Positions 8,157 through 19,400 of a DNA stretch of 42,368 nt are shown piece by piece (position 1 is the first letter of the stretch; each line of letters starts with the position of its first letter). The notes under the pieces are model-generated. The model did no database searches. It saw only the letters and a program-made list of their open reading frames with translations, and was not told the origin of the DNA. The DNA is from a virus, in the IMG/VR virus record IMGVR_UViG_3300033075_000143, positions 1 to 42,368 of that record; one strand, 5' to 3'. A program made the translations under genes and the position numbers.

Positions 8157-9613
8157 GGCCGATCGGCATTGGCCTCGGCGTAGGATTTATCGCAGGCGCC
8201 GCCGCGGGCGTTACGCCCGTCGCCGCATGGGACGCCTCTACCTCCACGCTCGCGCAACTCACGGCCCTCGCGTCAGTCTCCCGCCCCTCGCTTGCGACGA
8301 TGTTCGACAGCACGGGGAAGTTGACGTATGGGCCGAATAATCTGCTGACGCAGAGCAATACGTTTAGCAATGCGGCGTGGACGGCAAATTCCAATCAGGT
8401 CACGGTAACGTCTGGATTCACTGATCCCCTCGGGGGATCAAATGCGTGGCGGTTGCAAGGAACTGGCAATTCTTGGTATCTGCTACAGCAATTGTCCTAC
8501 ACAGGACAGACGCTTATCACATTTTGGGTGAAGTCGAATACCGGCCTAACCCAAAATGTTAAGCTTGTGACAGGGGGTAACGGCGGAGCCGATATTCCGG
8601 TCACTACGTCATGGACGCAGATCGCGCTCGCGGGACTAAACCCGACTACACCGAATGGGTCGTATGTAGGCATTCGGCGAGATGCTGCAAATAGCCTAGC
8701 CGACATTCTAATTTATGCGCCAACAGCGTCCGCCGTCACCTACGAGACCACGCCCCGCACAGGCGATCAGGTCATCACGACCTCTGCGGCCTACTACGGC
8801 CCGCGCATCGACTACGACCCGGCCACGCTGGCGGTTAAGGGGCTGCTAATCGAGGAAGCGCGGACGAACGCTTCCTATCCTAGCACGGGGTCGTTAAGCG
8901 GCGGCAATTGGACTGTCACCGCGCTTAACTACCCATCTGCGACAACCGGCATTGATGGTACAAACAGTGCGGTCAAGGCGGCTCTGTCAGCGGGGACGAG
9001 CGCGAGCGCCGGATATGCAATCTCCACAACCGCATCAAATACCGGAGTGGTAAGCGCATACGCTAGACCCGCTGGATATAACTACCTGATATTAGTTCGC
9101 GGCGCGTATGCATCTAACGATTGGGCGATCTTCGATGTTAACGGCGGAACGGTGGTACAAGCCCCAACATTCGCCGGGTCAACAGCCATAATCCGCCAAG
9201 GTCCGAATGGCTTTTGGTATTGCGAGCTTCGTTCCACTCAGAATACGACGATCAGCGCTTTCTCTGTGACGAGTGCGGTCAACAATACAGCCAATGCAAA
9301 CGGTACCGATGGTATTTATATCACAGAGTTCCAAACAGAACTTGGCGTGACGTTTGGAACCTCTCGTATTCGCACATCCACAGCCTCAGTCACCCGCGCT
9401 TCCGACGCTCTCACTGCCGCCTCTCTCACGACCAACCCCGCGATTATCCAGTATCGCTCTATCTCGACAGGAACCCGCGCCCGCAAGGTCATCAACCCGT
9501 GGTCTGGCGTGTCGAGTGAGGTTGACGAGTGGATTGAAGCGATCCGCATCTATCCCTCTGGCACAAGCGGGACGTATCTGAATACGAAGCTCACTGTGGA
9601 TGGGCCGTGGTGA
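8153..9613 (+). CDS. Head-spike-fibre-like / receptor-binding fibre protein.
   Basis: 486 aa with a GTGA overlap start. Two lectin-like modules begin NNLLTQSNTFSNAAWTANSNQVTV and LLIEEARTNASYPSTGSLSGGNWTV. GC is clearly lower than in the flanks. Confidence 0.5.
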   Translation: MRPIGIGLGVGFIAGAAAGVTPVAAWDASTSTLAQLTALASVSRPSLATMFDSTGKLTYGPNNLLTQSNTFSNAAWTANSNQVTVTSGFTDPLGGSNAWRLQGTGNSWYLLQQLSYTGQTLITFWVKSNTGLTQNVKLVTGGNGGADIPVTTSWTQIALAGLNPTTPNGSYVGIRRDAANSLADILIYAPTASAVTYETTPRTGDQVITTSAAYYGPRIDYDPATLAVKGLLIEEARTNASYPSTGSLSGGNWTVTALNYPSATTGIDGTNSAVKAALSAGTSASAGYAISTTASNTGVVSAYARPAGYNYLILVRGAYASNDWAIFDVNGGTVVQAPTFAGSTAIIRQGPNGFWYCELRSTQNTTISAFSVTSAVNNTANANGTDGIYITEFQTELGVTFGTSRIRTSTASVTRASDALTAASLTTNPAIIQYRSISTGTRARKVINPWSGVSSEVDEWIEAIRIYPSGTSGTYLNTKLTVDGPW

Positions 9614-10029
9614 AACAGCTTGTCATCAATTTCCCAACGCAGGGCTCGCTAATCCAGCTTGCGACCGCGCTTGGGTATTATGACGCGGTGAAGGCGAAGG
9701 TGATTGCGCAAGCGCGCGTCGGCATCGGCGCGTATTTCTTCAATTACGTGGGTGCGGTGGTTGTGGTTCCTGCCGTGTACGACAACGCCATGCCGCCGAA
9801 CGTGGTCACGCCCGCTGTCATGGCTCCGGGACTGTGGGCGAGGTTGAGACACAACGCAGACCCCGCAAGGCTTGACGCCAAGATTGCGCAGTCTCGCACA
9901 CAGGCTCAGACGCTTGGCATCACGATCTATTACCGCGCTCCGATTGGCGTGAACAACGCAATCGTCTGGACGTCTGACGGCGTGACACAAGCGCCTTCGT
10001 ATGTTGATGGCGTTGGGGTTATCGCATGA
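9607..10029 (+). CDS. Hypothetical virion-module protein (140 aa).
   Basis: ORF overlapping both neighbours by a few nt. Confidence 0.45.
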   Translation: MVKQLVINFPTQGSLIQLATALGYYDAVKAKVIAQARVGIGAYFFNYVGAVVVVPAVYDNAMPPNVVTPAVMAPGLWARLRHNADPARLDAKIAQSRTQAQTLGITIYYRAPIGVNNAIVWTSDGVTQAPSYVDGVGVIA

Positions 10030-10640
10030 GCGCATCCGACACCAAGCTCCAGATCATCAACGCGGCGCTCGCGCACCTTGGCAAGCCGCCTGCCGGCGCG
10101 CTCACCGATCCGACCGAGAACGCGCGTACGATGACGGCTATCTATCCCGTCGTTGTGCGCGCAGAACTGCGAAAGCACGCATGGTCGTTCGCTATGGCCC
10201 GCGCCTCGCTCGCGGCTGACGTCGCTACGCCGTCGTTCGACTATGCGCGCCGGTTCAGGACGCCGGGCGATTTCATGCGGCTCGTCGTCGCTAGCGATCT
10301 GTGGATCGACACTTCGATACGCGAGGCGGCGCAGGAAGACCTCCCGATATTCACGATTGAGGGTCAGTACATCCTGACGAACCTCGACGCTCCGCTGCGC
10401 GTTCGCTACGTGCGCGACGTCACGGAGCAGCCCGAAATATTCGACGCCGCTTTCGTCGAGGCGCTGTCTTTCATGCTCGCGTACCGCGCCGCGCCGTCGC
10501 TCATGAAGAACGAGGCGCGCACGAAGACGATCCGCGAGGACTATCGACAGGCGCTCTTCGACGCCAAGCGCACGAATGCTATCGAGCTGCCGCCGCGCGA
10601 GCGCGAAGACGGGAGCTGGATCACGTCGAGGGCGTGGTGA
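10026..10640 (+). CDS. Tail tubular protein A / adaptor (T7 gp11-like).
   Basis: 204 aa. N-terminal KLQIINAALAHLGKPP is typical of gp11-type proteins. It precedes the nozzle gene. Confidence 0.65.
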   Translation: MSASDTKLQIINAALAHLGKPPAGALTDPTENARTMTAIYPVVVRAELRKHAWSFAMARASLAADVATPSFDYARRFRTPGDFMRLVVASDLWIDTSIREAAQEDLPIFTIEGQYILTNLDAPLRVRYVRDVTEQPEIFDAAFVEALSFMLAYRAAPSLMKNEARTKTIREDYRQALFDAKRTNAIELPPREREDGSWITSRAW

Positions 10641-10641
10641 C

Positions 10642-12963
10642 ATGCCGCGCGCCGTTCCGCTCATTCAGGCGTTTAACGCGGGCGAACTGTCCGAGAACAT
10701 GGCGGCACGCACCGACCAGGACAAGTATCGTGGCGGCTGTAAGGTTCTACTGAACGCGATCCCGGTTGCACAAGGCCCGGCGCGCAACCGTGCGGGCTCT
10801 CGCTACGTTGCGTCGACGAAGAGCAACAGCAAAGCGTGGCTGCGCAAGTTCGAATACTCCGCGCGCCAATCCTACGTGCTGGAGTTCGGCGATACATATC
10901 TCCGCTTCTTCACGAACCGCGGGCAGCTTCTATCGGCCGGTAGTCCATACGAGATCGTGTCAGCGTTCAATGCCGCCTCGCTCGTTGCGCCCGATCAGAG
11001 CGGCGCGCTCCGCAGCGCGCAGCTCAACGATATCATGTGGCTGTGCAGCGCCAACGGGACTGTCGCGCCGCAGAAGCTAAAGCGTCTCGGCGCGACGAAC
11101 TGGACGATGACGCCCGTCGATTTCCAGTGGGGGCCGTTCGTATCCGTTGACCCACTCAACACGATCAAGGTTTCCGCGTCGGCGGCGACCGGGAGCATAA
11201 CGCTCTACGCGAGCGCGGCGGTGTGGGATGCGCGCGATATCAACAACTACTTCTACATGGAGATCGTCGACCCCGGAGCGACGACTGTATGGCAGGCCGG
11301 CGTGACATTCGCGCTCGGGACGATTGTTCGCAACAACGGGAATTTCTACAAAGCGGTGTCCTTCTCTGGCACCTTCGGCACCACGGCGTCTGTTCCGCCT
11401 ACCCACCTCGTTGGCGTGGTCACGGACGGTTCGACGTCGATCGCGTGGCAGTATCTGCACTCGGGTTTCGGGATCGTGAAGATAGCTACTGTGGCCGGTG
11501 ACGGGCTCAGCGCGACGGGCACCGTTGTCGAAGCGGCCAACTACGGCAACGCGGCGGCTGGCGTCACGCCAGAACTTCCGAAGGCAATGATAAACGCTGG
11601 CAGCGTAGGCACGGTCGCGACGGGGTCGAGCGCCAACTCGACGACGCGATGGGCGCGTTCGCTTTTCAACTCCGTCGACGGCTACCCGACAGACGTCAAG
11701 GTATACCGTAATCGTGTGTGGTACACGCGCGATCTATGGCATGCTTTCTCTGTCGAAGGCGGCTACGACGACTTCTCGCTCAAGACGAACGGCGCGTTTC
11801 CTACGGCGCAATCCGCTATCGTGATCCGCACGGGTATAGACAAGCTCGACGCGGCGCGGTGGATCATGGCGTCGAAACGTGCGCTCGTCGGCGGTTCGCT
11901 GCTCGAAGCATCTATAGGCGAGCAGACAGGCAACCAGGTATTCTCGTCGACGAACGTGAAGGCCGATCCCGAGACGCGCTATGGCGGCCAGTTCACGCAG
12001 CCGGTCGCGGTGGGAAACGCCGTGCTCTTCTTCCAACGCGGCGGCAAGCGGCTGCGCGAAATGATCGTTGACGACACAGGTCAGAATTTCAAGGCCGACG
12101 ATCTTACCGCGCTAGCCGACCACATATTGCGCGAGCGCGCGGTCGACGCCGACTACGCGCAGGAGCCGAACACGCAACTTGGATGCGTGCGACGCGACGG
12201 TATCATGTCGACGCTCACCTACAATCGCGAGCGCAACGTCGTCGGATGGGCGCGTTTCCAGATGGGCGGCGTGAGCGCATCGGGCGCCTACGGCGCTATC
12301 GAGAGCACCGCATGCATCGCATCGCCGGATGGAGATCGCGACGACAGGTGGCTTATCGTCAACCGTACCATCAACGGGCAGACGGTGCGCTTTGTCGAAT
12401 GGATCGAAGACGAACTGAAAATTGAGACGGACGTCAAGGCCGCATTCTACTGCGACGCGGGGCTCACCTATTCTGGCGCGGCCACGCAGACGATCGGCGG
12501 TCTTACGCACCTCGTCGGGCAGACGGTGGCCGTCCGCGCGGACGGCGCCACGCACCCGCAGAAGGTCGTCGCCGCGGACGGGACGATCTCGCTCGATTGG
12601 CCGGCTTCCATCGTCCACGTCGGCCTGCCCTACCGCACGATCGTCGCGCCGATGAGGCTCGACGTGAGTATGCCTGACGGTACTGCGCAGACGCGGATAA
12701 AGTCGTTCGGCGATATATTCCTGCGGCTGAAGGACACGATCGGCGGTAAGCTCGGTCCGTCGCTCGACCGACTGGACCCGATCATCGTTCCCGGCCTGCG
12801 CTCCGACGCGGCGCTCTCCGACACGCCAGTCCCGTTCACGGGCGACGTCATGGTCACGGCGCCGGCCAACACCGACACGGACGGATGGATATATCTCGTG
12901 CAGGACGACCCGCAGCCCTTCACGGTCGTCGGCATAGTCCCGCGGGTAGAGATCAATGATTAG
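10642..12963 (+). CDS. Tail tubular protein B / nozzle (T7 gp12-like).
   Basis: 773 aa from ATG 10642. N-terminal LIQAFNAGELSENMAARTDQDKYRGGC. Size and position fit. Confidence 0.7.
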   Translation: MPRAVPLIQAFNAGELSENMAARTDQDKYRGGCKVLLNAIPVAQGPARNRAGSRYVASTKSNSKAWLRKFEYSARQSYVLEFGDTYLRFFTNRGQLLSAGSPYEIVSAFNAASLVAPDQSGALRSAQLNDIMWLCSANGTVAPQKLKRLGATNWTMTPVDFQWGPFVSVDPLNTIKVSASAATGSITLYASAAVWDARDINNYFYMEIVDPGATTVWQAGVTFALGTIVRNNGNFYKAVSFSGTFGTTASVPPTHLVGVVTDGSTSIAWQYLHSGFGIVKIATVAGDGLSATGTVVEAANYGNAAAGVTPELPKAMINAGSVGTVATGSSANSTTRWARSLFNSVDGYPTDVKVYRNRVWYTRDLWHAFSVEGGYDDFSLKTNGAFPTAQSAIVIRTGIDKLDAARWIMASKRALVGGSLLEASIGEQTGNQVFSSTNVKADPETRYGGQFTQPVAVGNAVLFFQRGGKRLREMIVDDTGQNFKADDLTALADHILRERAVDADYAQEPNTQLGCVRRDGIMSTLTYNRERNVVGWARFQMGGVSASGAYGAIESTACIASPDGDRDDRWLIVNRTINGQTVRFVEWIEDELKIETDVKAAFYCDAGLTYSGAATQTIGGLTHLVGQTVAVRADGATHPQKVVAADGTISLDWPASIVHVGLPYRTIVAPMRLDVSMPDGTAQTRIKSFGDIFLRLKDTIGGKLGPSLDRLDPIIVPGLRSDAALSDTPVPFTGDVMVTAPANTDTDGWIYLVQDDPQPFTVVGIVPRVEIND

Positions 12964-13375
12964 CGTCGTTCCCGCCGAAGCCGGAATGTTGCTGCGCATG
13001 CGCGTCCAGCGCGCCCAGGCGCTCCACCCGAAGATGACCTTCGCGATGGTGAGCCGCGCGATCGAGACGGGGCAGGCGTGGGCGGCCGTCGACGGTACGG
13101 CGCCTCTGGCGCTCGGGGGCCTCTCGCCGCAGACGGACACCCGCGCCGTCGTATGGGGGGTGTTATCCGACAGCATCGGTGCTACCATGACGCTGATCCA
13201 TCGCGAGGTGCGCCGCCGGTTGGCGGTCGCCGCTTTCGAGCGGATCGAGGCGCACATCGCGCTCGATCACGACGAGGGTCATCGCTGGATCAGGCTGCTC
13301 GGCTTCGAGCAGGAAGGCGTCATGCGTAAGTTTTTCCAAGGTCGAGACTTCGCGCTCTACGCACGGGTGAGATAG
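12956..13375 (+). CDS. GNAT-fold-like protein in the T7 gp13 position.
   Basis: 139 aa. The C-terminal ERIEAHIALDHDEGHRWIRLLGFEQEGVMRKF resembles RimJ/RimL-type acetyltransferases. Confidence 0.5.
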   Translation: MISVVPAEAGMLLRMRVQRAQALHPKMTFAMVSRAIETGQAWAAVDGTAPLALGGLSPQTDTRAVVWGVLSDSIGATMTLIHREVRRRLAVAAFERIEAHIALDHDEGHRWIRLLGFEQEGVMRKFFQGRDFALYARVR

Positions 13376-13905
13376 TGGCCGATCCGATCACAATGGGGCT
13401 GACCGCCGTTGCCGGTATTTCGGGCATGGGCTCCGCGCTGCTCGGCGCCAGCGGCGCGCGCGCGGCCGGCGAGGCGTCAGGCGCGGCGTCCGACTACAAT
13501 TCGATCATGGAGCGCATTCGTGCGCAGCTCGCCCGCGATCAGGCCGCGCAGGAGGCGACGACGTTCGTCAACGAAGGCCGTCAGCGCGAGGCCGCGCTCC
13601 AGACGGCGATGGGCGAAAACGGGATTGATTCGTCGGTCGGCTCGTCCGTCGTGGCGCTCAACGCGCTTCGCGACAAGGACACGCTCGACGCCATGACGCG
13701 CATCTACACGGGCGAAGTCGAGGCGACTGGCCGCCTCAACGAAGCGGGGCTCTACGACCGCAAGGCGCAGTACGACCGGCAGGCCGGCGCGCTCGGCGCA
13801 GGCTCCAAGCTGCTCGGCGGCATGTTCGACGCCTTCCGCCTCGCTGGCAGCCTCAAGTTCGGCAAGAGCGGCGAGCGCGGCGCGTCCGCGCAGATGGACG
13901 TCTGA
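13375..13905 (+). CDS. Internal virion / core protein (T7 gp14-like).
   Basis: 176 aa with a Gly/Ala-rich hydrophobic N-terminus. Position fits. Confidence 0.5.
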   Translation: MADPITMGLTAVAGISGMGSALLGASGARAAGEASGAASDYNSIMERIRAQLARDQAAQEATTFVNEGRQREAALQTAMGENGIDSSVGSSVVALNALRDKDTLDAMTRIYTGEVEATGRLNEAGLYDRKAQYDRQAGALGAGSKLLGGMFDAFRLAGSLKFGKSGERGASAQMDV

Positions 13906-13906
13906 C

Positions 13907-16498
13907 ATGGCGGACTTCTTCACGAACCTTCTCACGCCGTCGCAGAGCCCGCGCCAGCAGCTTGGGGGCCGCGCCGCGTCCGGCGACGACTTCGGCGCGC
14001 AGTCGGCGCGTGCGGCAGGCAGCTACGGCGACGCGCTCGGCAAGGCGGGTGCGCTCTTCGCAGACGTCGCCGCCAAATACAAAAAAGATCAGGAAACCCT
14101 GGACGAGTTCAATCTGCAAAAGTCGTTTGCTGATTTCCAGGCGGCCGAGAACGAAAAGATGGCCGCGGCTTCGCGGGGGGTGAAGGACGGCGCCAAGGAC
14201 TTCGCCAAGGGCTACATGAACGGCTCGGGCGAAGAGCCGAAGCCCGGCGCGCAGCCGGAAGACACGTTCACATCGCGGTCAAGCGCGTGGCTCGACGCCA
14301 ACGTGAAGAACATGCCCGATACCCGGCGCGCGGAGTGGGGCGCGCGCATGGAGCAGTATCGCAAGAGCGTCGCGGCCTTCGCGCTTAGGACCGAACTGGA
14401 ATCGCGCGACAGCTACTACAAGTCGGAAGTCGGCAAACAGCTTGATCGGCTGAGCACGCAGATCGACCAGCAGCCCGAGAGCGTCGACGCTTTTCGCGCG
14501 CGCGGCGAAGAGATCATCAATGCGTCGGGCATGTCCGAAGATGACAAGCGCACGCACCGCGACAAGTGGAAGAACGACGCGGCTTACGTCTACGCCGTCG
14601 CCAAGGCGCACGACAGCCCCGAAGCGGTCGCAACCGCGATGGGCTCCGTCAAGGCTGGATATTTCGCGCGGCTGCGCGGCAAGGAGAATGCGGGCGGCGA
14701 TCCGAATGCGCGGCCCAGGCTCCCGAACGGCGAACTGGCGTCGTCTGCAACGGGCTTCTACCAGTGGACGGACGGGACTTGGAAGGCCGTCGTCAACTCA
14801 CCGGATGGCAAGGAGGCCGGGCTGCGGCTCAACGGCCGCGGCGATCTCGCGCAGGAAGAGAAGGCGATCCGCATCTTCACCGAGAAGAACGCGGACACGC
14901 TCAAGAGCGCGGGGATCGAGCCGAGCGAGAAGAACCTCTACATGGCGCATTTCCTCGGCGCGGCCGGGGCGACGAAGTTCATCGGCGCGATGAAGAAGGA
15001 TTCGAGCCAGCTCGCAGCTACGGTCGACCCGCAGGCCGCGGTCTCCAATCCAACGGTCTTCTATGTCGGCGGCGATCCGGCGAAGCCGCGTTCTGTCGCC
15101 GAAGTCTACGCGCTCCAGACGCAGAAGTTCACAGGCGCGGCCGTGGCGATGCAGGAGGACAAGCGGTTCTCCGACATGACCTACCAGCAGCGCATGCGCG
15201 TCTACGACATGGCGGAGCGCCAATCGCAGGAGCAGGCGAACGCCGCCGACGCGCGCCGCACCGCCGATCACAATGCGTGGCTCAACGACATGGCGCTCAA
15301 GGCGCACGACGGCAAGATCGGGCAGTCCGATATCGACGCTGCGCGCGCCAACGGCCGCCTGACGGATTTCGGCGATGTGTCGAAGCTGGAGCGCATCGTC
15401 GCCGCCCGGCAGGAGGGGCAGGACACGCTCGGCAAGTTCAGCGCGCGCATCAACGACCCGGCGGCGACGTGGAACCCCTTCGACAAGGACCACAAGGATC
15501 AGGTCAACGAGGGCGTGAAGGCGCTCGGCAACACGCCGGCCGCGGCATTCTCCGTCTACGAGAAGACGGGCATCGTGCCAGAGGTGGCTGGCGTCGCCAT
15601 GCGCGGCGGCCTCGCTTCCAACGACCCGGCGAAGGTACAGGAGGCGGCGAACCTCGCCGGCAACATGCTCGCGCGCAACCCGAACGCCTTCGCAGGCGTG
15701 CAGGGCGGCTCGTCTCTCGAAGAGGCCGGCGTTTCCTTCAATCACTATGTCAACGATCTCGGCATGACGGCGCAGGAGGCTGCGCGCAAGATCGCCGACA
15801 GCAACACGCCAGAGTTCAAGCGCAGCGCCAAGGTGCGCGATGACGACGTGAAGGCGTTTAAGCAGGAGCTTGCGAAGGGCGATCCGCAGGGCACGGTGCA
15901 GAACGCATTTGCTGGCGGCCTGATCTCGCGCATATGGAACGGCAAGCCGGCGCTCGGGCTCGGCGCGGATCAGCGCGGCGCGATCATGCAGGACTTCGCT
16001 GAACTTGCCGCGCAGCACTTCGCTGAGGGCGGCGACAAGGACCGCGCGCAGGCGTGGGCGACGTCGCAGATGAAGAAGCTATACGGCGTCTCGAACGGCG
16101 TGCTCATGAAGTTCCCGCCCGAGCGCAGCTACCCCGACGTCGACGGCAAGTGGGATTATGTCTATCGGCAGGCGGCCGACGAGATCAAGAAGTCGAGCGG
16201 CGCGGACGTCGACCCCTCGAAGGTCTATCTCATGCCGCTGCCGACGCTCACGGCCGAAGCCTTCCGTGGCGGCAAGCCCGCGCCCTACTCCGTCCACTAC
16301 GTCGAGACGGTCGACGGCCAACCCATGCACAAGGTTCTCCACGGCAAGGGCTTCATCGCGGACCCGCGACCGGCGCAGGAGAAGTTGGCGGCGGAACGGA
16401 AAGCGCAGTTTGAGAAGGCGCAGCATGACCGCATGCATCCGAGCGCCGAAGACGTCGCGCTTGACGCGCCGCCGAAATGGGAGCCCCCGACCGACTAA
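13907..16498 (+). CDS. Internal virion protein with a lytic transglycosylase (SLT) domain.
   Basis: 863 aa. Motif GKENAGGDPNA...SSATGFYQWTDGTW (E...S-x-x-G-x-x-Q) at about 14680-14785. Confidence 0.75.
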   Translation: MADFFTNLLTPSQSPRQQLGGRAASGDDFGAQSARAAGSYGDALGKAGALFADVAAKYKKDQETLDEFNLQKSFADFQAAENEKMAAASRGVKDGAKDFAKGYMNGSGEEPKPGAQPEDTFTSRSSAWLDANVKNMPDTRRAEWGARMEQYRKSVAAFALRTELESRDSYYKSEVGKQLDRLSTQIDQQPESVDAFRARGEEIINASGMSEDDKRTHRDKWKNDAAYVYAVAKAHDSPEAVATAMGSVKAGYFARLRGKENAGGDPNARPRLPNGELASSATGFYQWTDGTWKAVVNSPDGKEAGLRLNGRGDLAQEEKAIRIFTEKNADTLKSAGIEPSEKNLYMAHFLGAAGATKFIGAMKKDSSQLAATVDPQAAVSNPTVFYVGGDPAKPRSVAEVYALQTQKFTGAAVAMQEDKRFSDMTYQQRMRVYDMAERQSQEQANAADARRTADHNAWLNDMALKAHDGKIGQSDIDAARANGRLTDFGDVSKLERIVAARQEGQDTLGKFSARINDPAATWNPFDKDHKDQVNEGVKALGNTPAAAFSVYEKTGIVPEVAGVAMRGGLASNDPAKVQEAANLAGNMLARNPNAFAGVQGGSSLEEAGVSFNHYVNDLGMTAQEAARKIADSNTPEFKRSAKVRDDDVKAFKQELAKGDPQGTVQNAFAGGLISRIWNGKPALGLGADQRGAIMQDFAELAAQHFAEGGDKDRAQAWATSQMKKLYGVSNGVLMKFPPERSYPDVDGKWDYVYRQAADEIKKSSGADVDPSKVYLMPLPTLTAEAFRGGKPAPYSVHYVETVDGQPMHKVLHGKGFIADPRPAQEKLAAERKAQFEKAQHDRMHPSAEDVALDAPPKWEPPTD

Positions 16499-19400
16499 TG
16501 CCCATCTTCGATCTCGATCCCTCGCAGTTCCCTGTCCGCACGCAGACGGGCGCGGCCGAGCTTGTCGATCCCGCCATACTGCAAGACAAGCAGATGGCCG
16601 AGACGTTGAAGAACGAAAAGGCGTTTCAACTGCTCGGCGCGGCTTTTCGCGAGAGCAACACGATCGGCTCGGCGCTCGGTCGGCAGACGCTCGGCGTCGA
16701 CAATCAGCCCGAAGACGGCTTCAACGCATGGAACGACATTGCCGGCACGAAGTACGAGCCGCATTGGAAGTCTTTCGTCAGCGCCAACAACCAGCGTTAC
16801 GCCGACAGCATCAAGCGCCAGATCGACATGGAAGAGCAGGACCGCAGGCTCGTAGCCGCTGCCGGCTGGCGCGGAACACTGGCGAGCTTCGCCGCCAACA
16901 CGCTCGATCTGCCGATCCTGATCCCTGGCGGCGGGCTCGTGCGCAGCGTCAAGGGCGGCTACTCCATGGGCGCATCGGCGCTCGGCATCGGCGCTGCGGC
17001 CGGCGTGGGCGTCGGCGTCCAGGAAGCCGCGCTGCACGCCTCGCAGGAAACGCACACGGGGCAGGAGAGCGCGATCAACATCGGCGCTGGCGTGGTGCTC
17101 GGCTCCATGCTCGGCGCCGGCGCCGCGGGGCTTCTCTCACGCGCGGAGCGCAAGGTGGCAGCTAAGGCGCTGCTGAATATAGAGACGGGGGCCGGCGCTC
17201 CGTCGACAGAATTGCTCGCGGCGATCGAACGCGCGCCTCCGAGCGCCGTGTCGCGAGAAGTCGACGTCAACGGCGCGGTCAACTTCCATGTCGACCGCGG
17301 CGCAGCGGGCGCTACGCGATACTCTGCTTCGGACTCTGGCGTGTCGCAGCGCGCCCGGGCGGGGGACGCGGGTTTCGACGCAGTGCTCAATCAGGATGGG
17401 TATTTTGCGCGTGACGTGGTGGCGATCGGGAGTGAGACAGACCCTGCGAAGCTCCCGTTCCGGGGTACGCGTGCGCAGCACGATCTGATCGCAGAACTCG
17501 CCGCGCACGCGGACGATATCGACGCGCCTAAGAGCGCAGGATTCTACTACGATCTTATCGAAGACGTCGTGCGAGGCAAGAAGAGCGTCGAAGATGCGCG
17601 AGCGGCATTCGAGGCCGCGCATTCAGCCGGAGGCTCCGCCGAAACCGGTGTGCAGGTGGCCGCGGCGGCGGGCGCAGACACCGTGCAGAAGCTCGCGATC
17701 CGCGATCTATCCGTTGACGGCACGGTGGCCGATGCATGGGCACGGACGACGAAGAACGTCAACCCGAATCTCCGCTCCAACTATCGTCCCGTCGCCGCCG
17801 CCCGCGAATATATGCAGCAGCTTGCGGAGAATACCGTCTATCAGGTCGCTCACAACGAGGGGCGGACGGTCGGACCTTCGGTCGAGACGACGAGCCGCGT
17901 CGCCTTCGTGTCGCGCATGGGCGAGGCGGTCACGGCGCACGACGCGGCCTACGAGGCCATGTCGAAGGCCGGCATCAACATGACGCACGGCGACTTCGAG
18001 GATGCGGTCGGCCGCGCCATGCGCAACGGCGACGCCGACGCCAATCCGCATGTTCAGCAGGCCGCGCAGATGTGGCGCGCGAAGGTGTTCGAGCCCTTCA
18101 AAAAGGAGGCGATCGAGCTTGGGCTCCTGCCCGCCGACATTCCGATCAAGACCGCCGCCTCTTATTTCTCGCGCGTCTACAACAAGGTGAAGCTGATTGC
18201 GCAGGAAGGACGGTTCAAAGACCTGGTGACGGGGCACTATTCCGGCGTGCTCGCCGACGAATATTCGCAGTCTGTTCAGGCGATGCAGAAGCGCAAGGCG
18301 CGGCTCGGGCAGGAGGCGGCCGATCTCCAGATGAGCCCGGCGTCGCGCATGTCGACGATGAAGAGCCTAGAGGAGCAAGGGGCGCGTCTCGATCAGGCGA
18401 ACGCCGAACACGTCGCGCGGCTCGCCGACATTTCCGATCTGCGGCAGAAGGTGAAAGAGGCGCGGCTGGCCGGCGACAACGTGGCGAGCCAGATGGCCGA
18501 GCAGGAGATCGCGCGGATCAAGGAAGAAGGCGGCGCGGGGCTGAAAGCGTATCAGGAGCAGCGATCCGTTCTTCGTCAGCGCATGCGCAACGTCGATCTC
18601 GGCTACGCCGGCATCGCGAGCCGCACCGACCAGATCGTGCAGTCGCTCGTCAACATCGAAGAGACGAACCACCGCCAGCTTTCGCGCCTCGTCGACAAGG
18701 GCCGGCGATTCGAGCGTGAGGCGCAGCGGCTCGATCCCGAGAAGTACGAGGCCCGCAAGTCCGAACTGATAACGTCCTTCAACCAGGTTGCGCAGCGCGC
18801 TGACCGCGCCGCCGACCGCACGAAGGCGGCGATCGAGAGGATGCGGACGGAGGCGGAGGCACTGCCGCCCGATCACACGCCCGACACCCGCGGCCTGGGA
18901 CAGCAGTATCACGGTTCGTCGAACGACAAGCTAGAGCTCGACGATCATTTTTACACGCCGCTGAACTATTATGGTCAGGGCTTCTACACGACAGACGCGG
19001 CAGACGTGGCGCAGGGCTACGCGCGTAAGGGCTCTAAGCGCACGGGCAAGCAAGTAGTCTACAGCGTCAAGGAGAGTAGGCCGCTCAACATATACGATGC
19101 GGAAGCGCCACTCGGCGGCGAGGTGCTCAAGCACCTAGAGGAGGAAGCAAAGGGGAAACATTCGATATCCGACGCGATCGGCGTCGCGCTCGACACCAAG
19201 CCGAAGAACCTCCGCGAGTTCTACGACGCCATGCGCGAAGAAGGAACCGCGCTCGGAATGTCCGCGGACGATATACAGGAAGGGTTCTCGGCGTTAAACG
19301 ATACGCTGCGTAACCTTGGGTATGATGGGTTGCGCCATCTCGGCGGGCTGCGCACGAAGACGGCGCCACATAACGTCACGATCTACTTCAACCCGACGAA

